The notes: generated by a model from the letters alone, not told the origin. Positions 40,825-51,025 are shown, numbered from the stretch's first letter. The stretch is DNA of 64,000 bases from an uncultured virus (IMG/VR IMGVR_UViG_3300018878_000121) (IMGVR_UViG_3300018878_000121:62001-126000); one strand, 5' to 3'. Numbers and translations: made by a program.

Positions 40825-40853
40825 ATTATAACATAAATTTGTGAGAAAATCAA
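40825..40853 (-). promoter_or_regulatory. sigmaA-type promoter of the LytTR gene
   Basis: Minus strand TTGATT-17 bp-TATAAT with TG extension; shares AAATTTATGTTATAATAATAT with the 33589 promoter. Confidence 0.7.
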
Positions 40854-41101
40854 ATTTTTTTGTGTAAAAAGTGTAAAAAATTTTAATTTTTGAGTATTTG
40901 ATTTTTAAATTTACTTTTTGACATTCGGATTTTAAAAATAAAATTGTAATTTTGAAAAATTGAATAAAAATTGTAAGGATGAAAAATCAGACAAAAAATG
41001 TGTGAGTGTTTCTTGTTTAAAAATCTGAAACAATTTTTATATAGTAATGGAAGGGTAAGAGAAAAATAAAAAAAATGAATAAATACCTTGGAGGTGAATA
41101 T

Positions 41102-41578
41102 ATGAATTATCAATATAATCAGTAGCAGGTGAGTCCACCGCAGAATTAGACGACTCAGCAGTATTCTTACCAACGACAAGTTCCTTATACTTCTGGAACT
41201 TGGAATGCGAGAGTCAGACCGGTTTCTTCAATTGAAGAAGTAAGAGCATCTTCAATTGATTTTGATGGCTCAATTTTTTATTTCCCAGATGTTGCTAATA
41301 AAAAAATCTATACTAAATTTATTAATTTAGATGGCTCTGTGGCAATTAATGTATATGAGTTAAAAGAAATGCCAACAGGTTAGGCAGCAGATTCATCTTA
41401 CATTACAAGAGAAGAATTTGAAAACGTAATTATGTAGTTAAAAATGATGTATAATAATTCTTCTGCGCCTTCTACTCCAATAGAAGAATAGCAATAGGTA
41501 TAGTAGTAGATGAATAGTAATTAGTTTGCGGCACCACCCGCACAATAGCAACATAATGTTTCGCCATTACAATTTTAA
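41102..41578 (+). CDS. Gln-rich hypothetical protein (158 aa, 11 TAG=Gln)
   Basis: GGAGG RBS; RPVSSIEEVRASSIDFDGSIFYFPD..KKIYTK core; absent from the ORF track. Confidence 0.8.
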
Positions 41579-41591
41579 GGAGGTATGAAGA

Positions 41592-41837
41592 ATGGCACAA
41601 GTTGATCCGAGACAATTAATAGCTATGATTAGAAATGGTCAAAATCCTCAACAACTTATGTTAAGTGTTTTAGAGACGATGCAAGATACTCCTTTTGGAG
41701 CCAATTTATTGAATCTCGCTCGCAATGGTTAGACTGCGGAGATTGAAAAAATTGCTCGGAATATCACATCTCAAAGAGGTATGGATTATGATAAAGAGTT
41801 TAATGCCTTTAAACAATAGTTTTTTGGCTTTAAATAA
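41592..41837 (+). CDS. Hypothetical protein (81 aa, TAG=Gln)
   Basis: AAGGAGG RBS; MAQVDPRQLIAMIRNGQNPQQLM...; TAA at 41835. Confidence 0.8.
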
Positions 41838-41874
41838 ATAAAATATTTTTTTTAATTAAAGGAGGGTTTCTTTT

Positions 41875-42669
41875 ATGTTTAATTCTAATGGTTACAGTTT
41901 GGCAGATATCGTTGCCGCAACAGGTGGCGGTAGAGAGAATTGCGGCGGCTTCGGCGGCTGGGGCGGAGATGGATGGTGGATTATCCTCTTATTCTTGCTC
42001 TGGGGTAACAACGGCTGGGGCGGCAATCAAGGTGGACGTGGAACAGTTCGTGAAGAAATTGCTTATGGTTTTGATATGAACGGTTTAGAAAATAGCGTCC
42101 GTGGTGTTCAGCAAGGTATTTGTGATGGTTTCTATGCCATGAATACTGGTATGTTAAATGGATTTAGTAACATTCAAAATACTCTATGTCAAGGTTTCTC
42201 TGGTATCAATCAAGGTACAGCTCAGTAGACATTTGATTTATCTACTCAGTTACATGGTATGGCAGCTGATAATGCGGCTTGTTGCTGCGAAACTCAGCGC
42301 GCTATTGAAAGAGGATTTGCTGAAACCAACTATAACATGGCAACTCAAGCTTGCGATACTCGTAGAGCAATTGCTGATAGCACTCGTGATATTATTGACA
42401 GTAATAACGCAGGTGTTCGTTCTATTTTAGATTTCTTAACTCAGGATAAGATTGCTACTCTTACCGCAGAAAATCAGAGTCTAAAATTCGCAGCTTCTCA
42501 GGCAGCTCAGAACGCTTTCATTGCAGCTAATCAGGAAGCTCAAACCGCAGAACTTATTCGCAGACTTGATACCCCATGTCCTATTCCCGCTTATGTAGTT
42601 CCTAATCCTAATTGTTGCTATCCATCTTATGGATATGGGTATGGCAACACTGGATGCTGCGGTGGTTAA
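41875..42669 (+). CDS. Gly/Cys-rich membrane-anchored protein of unknown function (264 aa, one TAG=Gln)
   Basis: GWGGDGWWIILLFLLW TM segment, ACCCETQR, coiled coil, PIPAYVVPNPNCC...GCCGG tail; two fragments in frame. Confidence 0.85.
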
Positions 42670-42694
42670 TTAACAAAGGAGGTAAAAAATCTGT

Positions 42695-43114
42695 ATGGAA
42701 ATTATTGCTAATGCTTTATAGACAGTTCCAGCAAATCAGACTGTTTATTTCACAGATACCGCCGTATGCGGTGGCCCATCTATGACTCATAGAGCTGGTA
42801 GTGGTTTAATTACTCTTAGAGGAATTACTAATCAATGTAGAGCAAGATTCCGCATCACTTTTGGAGCAAATATTGCTGTTCCAACAGGAGAAACAGTTGG
42901 ACCAATTTCATTGGCTATTGCGATAGAGGGTGAACCTCTTCAAGCTACTATAATGATTGAAACACCAGCGGCTGTTGAAGAGTTCTCAAATGTTTCAAGA
43001 ACTACCTTTATTGATGTTCCTCGTGGATGTTGTGTAAGTGTAAGTGTAAGAAATGTAAGTGATATTCCAGTAAATGTACAAAACGCAAACTTAATTGTTG
43101 AACGTGTTGCTTAA
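42695..43114 (+). CDS. All-beta protein, possibly BclA C-terminal/C1q-like (139 aa, TAG=Gln)
   Basis: AAGGAGG RBS, ATG 42695; alternating beta-strand pattern (GLITLRG..FRITFGANI..ISLAIAI..NANLIVERVA). The fold assignment is an inference. Confidence 0.7.
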
Positions 43115-43132
43115 TGAAAGGAGGTCTTATAA

Positions 43133-43780
43133 ATGGAGAAAAGATTAGAACATATGAAAGAATCTTTAATGGCTTGCGTTGAAAGTCAATTAACTCATTT
43201 AGATACAGTTGATACTAAAGAATTAGGTGAAGCCATTGATATGATTAAAGACCTTGAAGAAGCAATCTATTATTGTACTATTACAAAAGCAATGAAGGAA
43301 CAGGATAAAGGAGAAAAAGAATCTCATAAATATTATCCAGTAATGTATAATAGAGATATGGATAGAGATATGGGAAAAATGTATTATGAAAACCCAAATT
43401 ATATGGGTGGTAATGATACAAAACGTCAATATTCATCTGGAAATGGAGGAGGCAACTCCTCCTCCATGAGTAATTCTTCTGGAAGCGGAGGAGGTAATTC
43501 ATCCTCTGGAAATACTGGTTCAAAACAATATAGTGAAACAGAATATAATTTAATGCGCGACCAGCGTGAAGGACGTAGTCCTCAGTCGCGCCGCATGTAT
43601 ATGGAATCAAAAGAAATGCATTCAGATAAAGCAACTCAAATGCGTGAATTAGAAACTTATATGCAAGAGTTAACTCAAGATGTAGTTGAAATGGTTGAAG
43701 GTGCAACTGTTGAAGAAAAGCAGTATTTAAGTAAACGAGTAGCAGCTCTTGCAAACAAATTGGCTCAATTAAATGATTAA
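43133..43780 (+). CDS. Hypothetical protein with Gly/Ser linker (215 aa)
   Basis: Intact ORF with AGGAGG RBS; ELGEAIDMIKDL helix and REGRSPQSRRMYME motif. Confidence 0.85.
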   Translation: MEKRLEHMKESLMACVESQLTHLDTVDTKELGEAIDMIKDLEEAIYYCTITKAMKEQDKGEKESHKYYPVMYNRDMDRDMGKMYYENPNYMGGNDTKRQYSSGNGGGNSSSMSNSSGSGGGNSSSGNTGSKQYSETEYNLMRDQREGRSPQSRRMYMESKEMHSDKATQMRELETYMQELTQDVVEMVEGATVEEKQYLSKRVAALANKLAQLND

Positions 43781-44117
43781 CATTAATGGTGAACAATGGA
43801 GAGTGTTTTTAACCTCTCCATTTCACCCTGCTTTAAAACGCAGTGATGGTGCTTATACTCTAGGATGCTGTGATGATGTAACAAAAACAATTTATATAAG
43901 TAATGATGTAAGTGATAAATATTTAAAAAAAGTTTTATGCCACGAACTCACTCACGCCGCAATGTTTAGCTACAACGTAGATTTGACTTATGAGCAAGAG
44001 GAAGTTCTCGCTGATATTATAGCAACATATGGATAGGAAATTATTCATATGGCAAATCTTCTCTTTAAGAGGTTAAAAGATGAAAGAGAAGAAGAAAGAA
44101 AAAATGGGAGTATCTAA
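43773..44117 (+). CDS. Small zincin-like metallopeptidase (HExxH; 114 aa, TAG=Gln)
   Basis: LGCCD..KTIYI..VLCHELTHA...EEVLAD; extended through TAG 44034 to TAA 44115. Confidence 0.75.
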
Positions 44118-44142
44118 TAATTTAGATACTCCCATTTTTTTT
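44101..44142. terminator. Bidirectional terminator where the two transcription arms converge
   Basis: AAAATGGGAGTATCTAA-TAAT-TTAGATACTCCCATTTT, with A and T tracts on either side. Confidence 0.85.
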
Positions 44143-44143
44143 G

Positions 44144-44581
44144 TTATATATTACAATCTCGTACTTCTAACTTCATCGCACTTTCATAATAATTTTTAGC
44201 TTGACCATTGCCGCCCAAAGAAGTATATAATTTATAAAATTCAGTTAATTGGTCATACTAGTCGGGAGTCATAAATCCTTGTCTAATAAATCCTTTGCAT
44301 AATTGAACTAAACGGAAACGATAAGAAGAAATAATTAAATTCATGTGATTCTTTTCTACTTGACCCACATTATAGATATAAGACCTTAATTCTTCAAGCT
44401 CCTATTGAATTGGTTCAATTTTACTGTCAATTGTTTCATTCAATTTGTCAGTCTCTTGGTCTGCTAAAAGCTTTTTATAATTTTTCATTTGACTATGCAT
44501 ATATTTACAAAAAGCTAAAGCACCAGCAGAAATTAAACCAAAAATAATTTCAATGAAATGTTCAGTTAAAAAAGCTAACAT
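44144..44581 (-). CDS. Single-TM membrane protein with YxxLGGNG motif (holin-like; 145 aa, 2 TAG=Gln)
   Basis: Hand translation MLAFLTEHFIEIIFGLISAGALAF...FYKLYTSLGGNGQAK; absent from the ORF track. Confidence 0.7.
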
Positions 44582-44647
44582 TATAACAAATCCCCTTTCT
44601 TAAAATTTTTTCTCACACTATATCAATTTTAAGTAAGGGGATTTTAT

Positions 44648-45139
44648 TTATTCAGACCAATCAAATGATTTTGCCTAAGAGTTTAGATACCAGTGACCAA
44701 TACATATTGCGTCACTTTCATCTTCTGTAGCTTGTTTATTATAAAGCGTTTTTATTAATAACTAAGCTTCTTTTTTCTACTCTGGACGAGTTCTACTTTT
44801 TATACCGATTTTACTTTTCCATACTGTAGCTAATACAGCTTCAACTGGTATATCTAATTCTACAATCAATTCATAAATAACACCAAATACTTCTGCTAAT
44901 GTTTTAAAGGTTTGAACATTTCCTGTTACATTAGATTGAAGTTGTATATCTTCCATTATAACTTTATTAATAGAATAAGTATCAATTAATTGATGAACAT
45001 TTTTTCTAATATTAAGCAATCTATCTCCTAAATCGGATTGATTACAAGTAAAATGTCCATAATCAATTAATTGATTATCTTCAAATATAGCATATCCAGT
45101 TATTTTAGAAGACTAATCTAAAGATAAGATTCTGCTCAT
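44648..45139 (-). CDS. RuvC-like Holliday junction resolvase (163 aa, TAG=Gln)
   Basis: ILSLD(Q)SSKITGYAIF, VIMED and EDESDAICIG acidic motifs; reads through 4 TAG. Confidence 0.8.
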
Positions 45140-45831
45140 ACTGATTCAAAAACATCTGCTTTTAATCCAAGAGAATTAAAAACATCAAGTAATTTTTCAT
45201 CAATTTTAATTTCGTTATTTAAATTAATTGATTGTAAAGAAGTAGAACCAAATCCGCCTGTTCGTAAGCCAATAGCTACATCATCTTCAATGGTATAATA
45301 AGGTTTAATAATTCCTTGACCAATAATATCTCCTCGTTTTAATTGAATATCAAATGGAGATAAATTAATTAATTGAAAGAAAATTTCACCTTCATTATCA
45401 GGATTATTATAATAATCAGCGTCAATAATACCAACTCCATTAGCAAGAATAAGCCAATATTTTAAAGGAGTAGAAGACCGCACGCTTAATTCAAGATAAG
45501 TATTTGGAAGTAATTCACATTTCATTCCAGTAGAAACTAAAGAAGGTTTAATTTTTGATGCTTTAGTAACAGCGGCAACATCTTCAAGAGTATAAGGTTT
45601 ACTCATCTTTTGCGCAAGCTCATATTCAGCCTTCTTCTTTTCTTCTGAGTCAATTACATTCTAATGTAATTGGAATAGTTCATATCTACCAAGCCAATTC
45701 AATTCTTCAGAACAAGATGGAATTATAATATCTTCAGCTACAACAAAATCATATCCAGCGCTCTGTTCTGTTTTTCTAATTGGTAAAGGTAAATCAATAT
45801 CATTAAATCTACTTACTTTTTCAAATTTCAT
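45136..45831 (-). CDS. dut: Trimeric dUTPase with internal insertion (231 aa, one TAG=Gln)
   Basis: SAGYDF, RSS, GIIDADYY, IGQG and RTGGFGST motifs; start extended to ATG 45831. Confidence 0.9.
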
Positions 45832-46076
45832 TATTCTACCTCATAATTAATATTAACAAAACTTATCGGGTCTTTTTCATCATTGAAATGTTTGTTTAAA
45901 GTAACTTTATACCAACTATCAATAACTGCACCTTTAGATTTTCTTTCTTTAAATTCACTAGAATATTTTGCTAATGAAAATTCAGTAGCATTCTTAGCTT
46001 CATCAATAATTTCTTTTACTTCATTTTCATTATCTACTCTATATACTTCAATTGTACTTACAAGATATTTTGACAT
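45831..46076 (-). CDS. Hypothetical protein (81 aa)
   Basis: Intact ORF, GAGG RBS, stop overlaps the dut start. Confidence 0.75.
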   Translation of the reverse strand: MSKYLVSTIEVYRVDNENEVKEIIDEAKNATEFSLAKYSSEFKERKSKGAVIDSWYKVTLNKHFNDEKDPISFVNINYEVE

Positions 46077-46077
46077 T

Positions 46078-46338
46078 TTAATTTACCTCAATATTAATTT
46101 TTTTAGTATTATAATTTTTTACATTATACATTTGAATATCTTCAATAAAACCTTCAAGATATCCTTCATTACCATATAGGTGAATATTGTATATATCATA
46201 TGTATAACAACTACTAACAATTACTTCTGCTAAATTATCAATAGTTGTTGAAGCTATTTCTCGCTTACCATTATCATCATAAATAAATATATACTAATCA
46301 GTATTAAATAAATTAACTGAACTAACAATATAACTCAT
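46078..46338 (-). CDS. Hypothetical protein (86 aa, one TAG=Gln)
   Basis: GGAGG RBS; MSYIVSSVNLFNTDQ...IEVN-TAA fills the gap exactly. Confidence 0.7.
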
Positions 46339-46339
46339 T

Positions 46340-46738
46340 TTATCCTCCATATGAAACCATTAAACCTTCACAATCAAATAAGCACATACATAAATTTTCA
46401 TCTTCATTTGTCCGCACCCAAATTTCAATTGTATCAGAAGCTTCCATATAATCAACAGTAATAATCTTACCAATATCTAAAGCGCAAGTAAGAACTGCTT
46501 TTCCTTTATTTTCAAAATCCGATTCGTTTGCTTTTGGATAGAAAATAGTATAATAAGAAATTTCTTTACATAAAAGCATTAAATTTGAATAATTTTTCAT
46601 TTTATCATTAATTAATTCAATATAAGGGTCTATATTATCTGCTATTGGAAGCTATGAAACAATAGATTTATTTAAATCATATAGATTCATAGAAATATTT
46701 CCATAATCTTTAGATTCTTTTTTTAAATTACACTTCAT
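46340..46738 (-). CDS. Hypothetical protein (132 aa, one TAG=Gln)
   Basis: AAGGAG RBS and ATG 46738, in frame with fragment 46340-46600. Confidence 0.75.
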
Positions 46739-46768
46739 TATTTATCTCCTTTTTTATTTTATATAATA

Positions 46769-46797
46769 ATTATATCATATTTTTTTATTTTTGTCAA
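46769..46797 (-). promoter_or_regulatory. Consensus sigmaA promoter
   Basis: Minus strand TTGACA-17 bp-TATAAT with TG extension. Confidence 0.85.
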
Positions 46798-47257
46798 GAT
46801 AAATAATACGTTGATTGCGGCTTCCTCTCATAGGAAGTGTAATGTCTCTTTCAGCTTCAATATAAGGTCCATCAATTAAACAAGTAATTAATTCTAAAAT
46901 TTCTTTTATATTTGGATTATGAGGTAAATCATCGTAAGTATACCCTGTCCATAAATAAATTTCTGTATCTGGTAATTTTTCTTTAACAGTTTTTATTACC
47001 AATAAAGTCAAAAAAGTATTTTCAGGACATAAAGGTTCTCCACCCAAAATACTTAAAGAACGCTTAATACCATTAGCTTGAAGAGCTTCAATTATTTCAT
47101 TAATTACATCAGTAGTAAATTCTAGTCCTCCGTCATAATCCCAAGTTTCGGGATTATGACAGCCAAGACAATGATGCGGACATCCTTGAGTATAGAAAGA
47201 AACTGATACACCAGTTGCCGCAGAAAAATCATTTTTAATTAAACCTGCATATCGCAT
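46775..47257 (-). CDS. nrdG: Anaerobic ribonucleotide reductase activating enzyme
   Basis: QGCPHHCLGCHNPETWD, LGGEP, DGPY..MRGSRNQR. Confidence 0.95.
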   Translation of the reverse strand: MRYAGLIKNDFSAATGVSVSFYTQGCPHHCLGCHNPETWDYDGGLEFTTDVINEIIEALQANGIKRSLSILGGEPLCPENTFLTLLVIKTVKEKLPDTEIYLWTGYTYDDLPHNPNIKEILELITCLIDGPYIEAERDITLPMRGSRNQRIIYLDKNKKI

Positions 47258-47886
47258 TATTCTTCCTCCTCTAAGTCTAAATCATGAACATCATCTGGAT
47301 TAGCTACTTCGTAATAAAATATACATCTACAACTGGGATGATATGGTGGGAGATTAACATCTTCATCTGGCGGATATTCTCCGCCTTCACACATATCACA
47401 TCCACTTTCAATTACTAATAAAGTAGCATTAATAGGTCTTTTATTTTTCTTTACTGCATTTTCTACATTTTTAGTTTCTGTATTTAAAATTCTTTCAAAT
47501 TTATAAACTAAATTATCTCTTATTTCTTTATAAGTTTTTTCTTTTAAAATATCTTGTCTTGTCTCTTCCCAAATTAAAGACAATCTATCTTGAATTGTTT
47601 TTCCATCTTCTTTATAAGTTAAATCAAAGATATTTTTGATATTAAATTCTTCTACTTCTTCATATAATTTTTCTATATATTTACTTGTAATAAGATATGT
47701 TTCAGTTAATGATTCATAAAATAAATCTTCAATTTTTTTATATGCTTTATCCCAAAGTTTAATATTAAAATTATTTGAATATTCTCTGACAGCTTTTAAA
47801 GATTTATTTATAATTTTTTCAAAATATTTATCTTTAGATTCGTCAATTAAATCTTCTAATTTAAGTATTTCTTTTCTGATACTCAT
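47257..47886 (-). CDS. MuF/gp7-like minor head protein domain protein (209 aa)
   Basis: ERILNTET...CDMC...PPYHPSCRC matches the MuF C-terminal pattern. Confidence 0.6.
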   Translation of the reverse strand: MSIRKEILKLEDLIDESKDKYFEKIINKSLKAVREYSNNFNIKLWDKAYKKIEDLFYESLTETYLITSKYIEKLYEEVEEFNIKNIFDLTYKEDGKTIQDRLSLIWEETRQDILKEKTYKEIRDNLVYKFERILNTETKNVENAVKKNKRPINATLLVIESGCDMCEGGEYPPDEDVNLPPYHPSCRCIFYYEVANPDDVHDLDLEEEE

Positions 47887-47891
47887 AACAA

Positions 47892-50183
47892 TTATCCATG
47901 TTTAACCCTTCGCTCTACCTCATCTTGTTTACCAAGGTTAAAAGCAGTTTTATAATTACCAGTTAAATAACCAGTAACTCTACGCAATTGTTGAATTTCT
48001 TTACTTCCGCATTCTGGACATTCATCATTAAATTCATCAGTATATCCGCATTTAAGACAAGTATCATTTGGAACATTTACTGCGAAATAAGGAATATCTT
48101 TATCCATAGCATAATTTACTAAAATTTCTAATGCCTCAAGATTATTTTTAATTCCACTATCCAATTCAACATAAGTAATACATCCAGCAGAAGAATAACA
48201 GGTTAATTGAGATTCAATATCAATTTTTTCAAATGGAGACATCTCTATCCACACAGGTACATGCATAGAATTAGTAAAGAATTCTTTATCGGAAACATTC
48301 TCAATTACACCATATTTATCTTTAAATTTCTTTAAAGCAGTATGACATAGGTTTTCCGCAGGTGAATAATAAACACCAAAATTTAATTTATATTCATTTT
48401 TAAATTGAGCACAACGAGTTTTAAACAATTCTTCAATTCGTTTTGCTAATTCCATTCCTTCTGGAGTAGTATGATTTTTTCCAATAAGAATTTGAAGCGT
48501 TTCAGCAAGACCTAATTGTCCAAGAGCAAGGGTACCATGCTTAAGAGCGGAACGTATTCCTTCTTCTGGAATATATCCTGCCATAAGTCCATTTTCATAC
48601 ATAAACTTAGCAGAATCAGGAGATTGACTACAAATCCATTCAAATCTTTCAATAAGCATATCTTTAGCATCATATATTGCTTTATCAAGAATTTCCATAA
48701 AAATATCTACAAGTTCAGTAGTATATTTATATTTATCTGTAAATTGATTTTCCCACTCTTCTTTTGCTTCCATGGCTAATGTAGGAAGAATAATTGTTAC
48801 AGGACAAATATTACCTCTACCATCTTTGAGTTGACCAAAACCATTAATATCCCAACCATTTGCTGTGCGGCATCCCATCGTTGAGAAATAAGTTCTTGGG
48901 TCATTAATATCATATCCAGCATTACCAGACCAATCAACATTTGCGTAATTGGGATATAGTCTTTGAGCGGTTGATTTTAAAGCCAATTGGAATAAATCAT
49001 AATTGGGGTCTCCAGGTTTACGATTTACACCTTTCATACATTGAAAGATTCCACAAGGGAAAATAGATGTTTTATGTAAAGCTCCAATACCTTCAATGGA
49101 TACTTCAAGCAAAGCTTTAGTCACCATTCTACCTTCTGGTAAAGTACAAGTACCATAATTAATAGAAGTAAATGGCAACTGATTGCCTGAACGAGATTGA
49201 AGTGTATTAAGATTATGATACATTCCTTCTACGGCTTGATGTGTTTCTTTTTTTGTTTCAAATAGAGCTGCTTGACTTAAATATTTATCAAGATTAACAA
49301 TATTACTAAAAGTGAAATCTTCATATTTAAGATTAAATTCTTTTAAATATTTTTCTTTATGATTTTCAACCCAATTATCTAATTCTTCATTTGGCATATC
49401 CAAAAGAGACAGAGCTAAAAATTCGTCAGTATGTTTTACATATTCTAATACATAATGTTTAAAAAATGATTTGCGTATATAAGGCACCATGGTCCAGTCA
49501 ATATGTGTCGCAGAAACACCACCAAATTGTTGTAAACTTTGTAATTGGAAAATAACCGCTACAAGCTGAAATGCTGTATTTACAGAACCTGCGGGACGCA
49601 CATCTGTTTGTCTGGTATTAAATCCTTTAGCAAGCAAATCATCAAAAGGAATAGATAAGCAATTATGTGAACCAACATAATAACTATTTAAGTCATGAAT
49701 ATAAATACGATTATTTAAATGATTTTCTCTTGCTTTTGGTGATACAATAAAATCTAATGCTAATTGTTTCGTGACCACATCTCCAGCTTCACCTGTGCGG
49801 CCTCCAAAAGATGCTTCATCTACATTAGCATTTTGGTTTTGGATATTTGTAGCATTTAATTTTTCTTTAACTGCGTCAATAAAATCATTTTCATAATGTC
49901 TAGCAACTTCTTTTTTATATCTATAACGAATATATTCTCTTGCTACATCACTGCGTTCAGAACGCATTAAATATTCTTCAACTTTATCTTGAACTTTTTC
50001 AACAGTAAATGGTTTATCTGAATTATGTACAGCATCTTTATAAATAGCTTCCGCTATATCAGCAGCTGTATCTGTTTCATAAAGTTTTCCATCAACTTCA
50101 AGAAAAGCTTTATTTATTGCGGTAATAATTTTACCTTTATTAAAAGGAACAAGTGTTCCATCTCTTTTATAAATTTGTACCAT
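47892..50183 (-). CDS. nrdD: Class III anaerobic ribonucleoside-triphosphate reductase
   Basis: ATP cone (YKRDG..FNKGKI), HIDW, MGCRT, CLKC..CPEC, RRVTGYL glycyl-radical motif. Confidence 0.97.
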   Translation of the reverse strand: MVQIYKRDGTLVPFNKGKIITAINKAFLEVDGKLYETDTAADIAEAIYKDAVHNSDKPFTVEKVQDKVEEYLMRSERSDVAREYIRYRYKKEVARHYENDFIDAVKEKLNATNIQNQNANVDEASFGGRTGEAGDVVTKQLALDFIVSPKARENHLNNRIYIHDLNSYYVGSHNCLSIPFDDLLAKGFNTRQTDVRPAGSVNTAFQLVAVIFQLQSLQQFGGVSATHIDWTMVPYIRKSFFKHYVLEYVKHTDEFLALSLLDMPNEELDNWVENHKEKYLKEFNLKYEDFTFSNIVNLDKYLSQAALFETKKETHQAVEGMYHNLNTLQSRSGNQLPFTSINYGTCTLPEGRMVTKALLEVSIEGIGALHKTSIFPCGIFQCMKGVNRKPGDPNYDLFQLALKSTAQRLYPNYANVDWSGNAGYDINDPRTYFSTMGCRTANGWDINGFGQLKDGRGNICPVTIILPTLAMEAKEEWENQFTDKYKYTTELVDIFMEILDKAIYDAKDMLIERFEWICSQSPDSAKFMYENGLMAGYIPEEGIRSALKHGTLALGQLGLAETLQILIGKNHTTPEGMELAKRIEELFKTRCAQFKNEYKLNFGVYYSPAENLCHTALKKFKDKYGVIENVSDKEFFTNSMHVPVWIEMSPFEKIDIESQLTCYSSAGCITYVELDSGIKNNLEALEILVNYAMDKDIPYFAVNVPNDTCLKCGYTDEFNDECPECGSKEIQQLRRVTGYLTGNYKTAFNLGKQDEVERRVKHG

Positions 50184-50253
50184 TAATAAATCCTCCGAAA
50201 ATATTAATTTGGGGCGACCCTATTATATTTAATAGTTGTTTTTTTATGGTTAA

Positions 50254-50808
50254 TTACTTCTGCCCAATGATGCTTAAAATTGTCTTTACGTTCTTCATTA
50301 AGTCTAATGTATTATCATTTTGTAATTCAATATATTCAAAAGGTAAATCTGAAAAATCTTTTTTATCAGTTCCATAACGTCTAACAATTTCATCAACATT
50401 TGGTTCATCTTCTCTATTTAATTGTCTTAAAAGTCTTTGTTTATCAGAAGCTTTTATATAAAAAATAGTTACATCAATTTGAGGGTCTGATAGTAAAAAT
50501 TCAACACGAGATGGGTCAAATACTCCTATATTTATAACATCTGAACGTAAACATTCATAATCAGTTCCATAAAACCAATCATTAAAAGTTGCCATTTCTA
50601 CTAATTCATTATTAATAGCTTTTTGCGCAAATTGCTCTGGTGTTATAAAATAGTAATTAATACCTTCAATTTCATTATCTCTACGAGGACGTGTAGTATA
50701 ACTAATAATAGAATGAACATCATTAGTATTTTCTAAAATCATTCTTAATAATGTATCTTTACCAGAACCAGATTGCCCAATTAAAGCAATTATTTTATAC
50801 TTCTTCAT
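50254..50808 (-). CDS. gmk: Guanylate kinase-like protein
   Basis: GQSGSGKDT P-loop, SYTTRPRR..E..G.NYYF, WFYGT. Confidence 0.85.
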   Translation of the reverse strand: MKKYKIIALIGQSGSGKDTLLRMILENTNDVHSIISYTTRPRRDNEIEGINYYFITPEQFAQKAINNELVEMATFNDWFYGTDYECLRSDVINIGVFDPSRVEFLLSDPQIDVTIFYIKASDKQRLLRQLNREDEPNVDEIVRRYGTDKKDFSDLPFEYIELQNDNTLDLMKNVKTILSIIGQK

Positions 50809-51025
50809 TTATGTCAATAGCCTCATCTTCATATTCATATTTTAATTGATTAGGTAATTCATTACGATAAAAAGTATATTTCCTTTTACAGGTAGGACAA
50901 AAATAAACATACTGTTCAGGATAAGTACATAAAACTTTACCAGTACTTTTTATTTCTTCATTACAATCTTCACAATAAAAGCTATCTATATAGATAGCTT
51001 TTACATATCGTCTTTTAATTTTCAT
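50795..51025 (-). CDS. Small zinc-ribbon protein
   Basis: CEDC...CPTC; likely start MKIKRR after a GGAGG RBS. Confidence 0.7.
   Translation of the reverse strand: MKIKRRYVKAIYIDSFYCEDCNEEIKSTGKVLCTYPEQYVYFCPTCKRKYTFYRNELPNQLKYEYEDEAIDINEEV

Noticed and set aside
40883..41179. 98-aa minus-strand ORF and other short antisense ORFs (e.g. 43281-43796, 48516-48779, 35526-35813)
   Set aside because: They are antisense to well-supported genes or span a promoter region, lack an RBS, and show the composition typical of shadow frames.
46775..47257. Third radical-SAM gene as part of the modification system
   Set aside because: It is a typical NrdG activase linked to nrdD in a different transcription unit.
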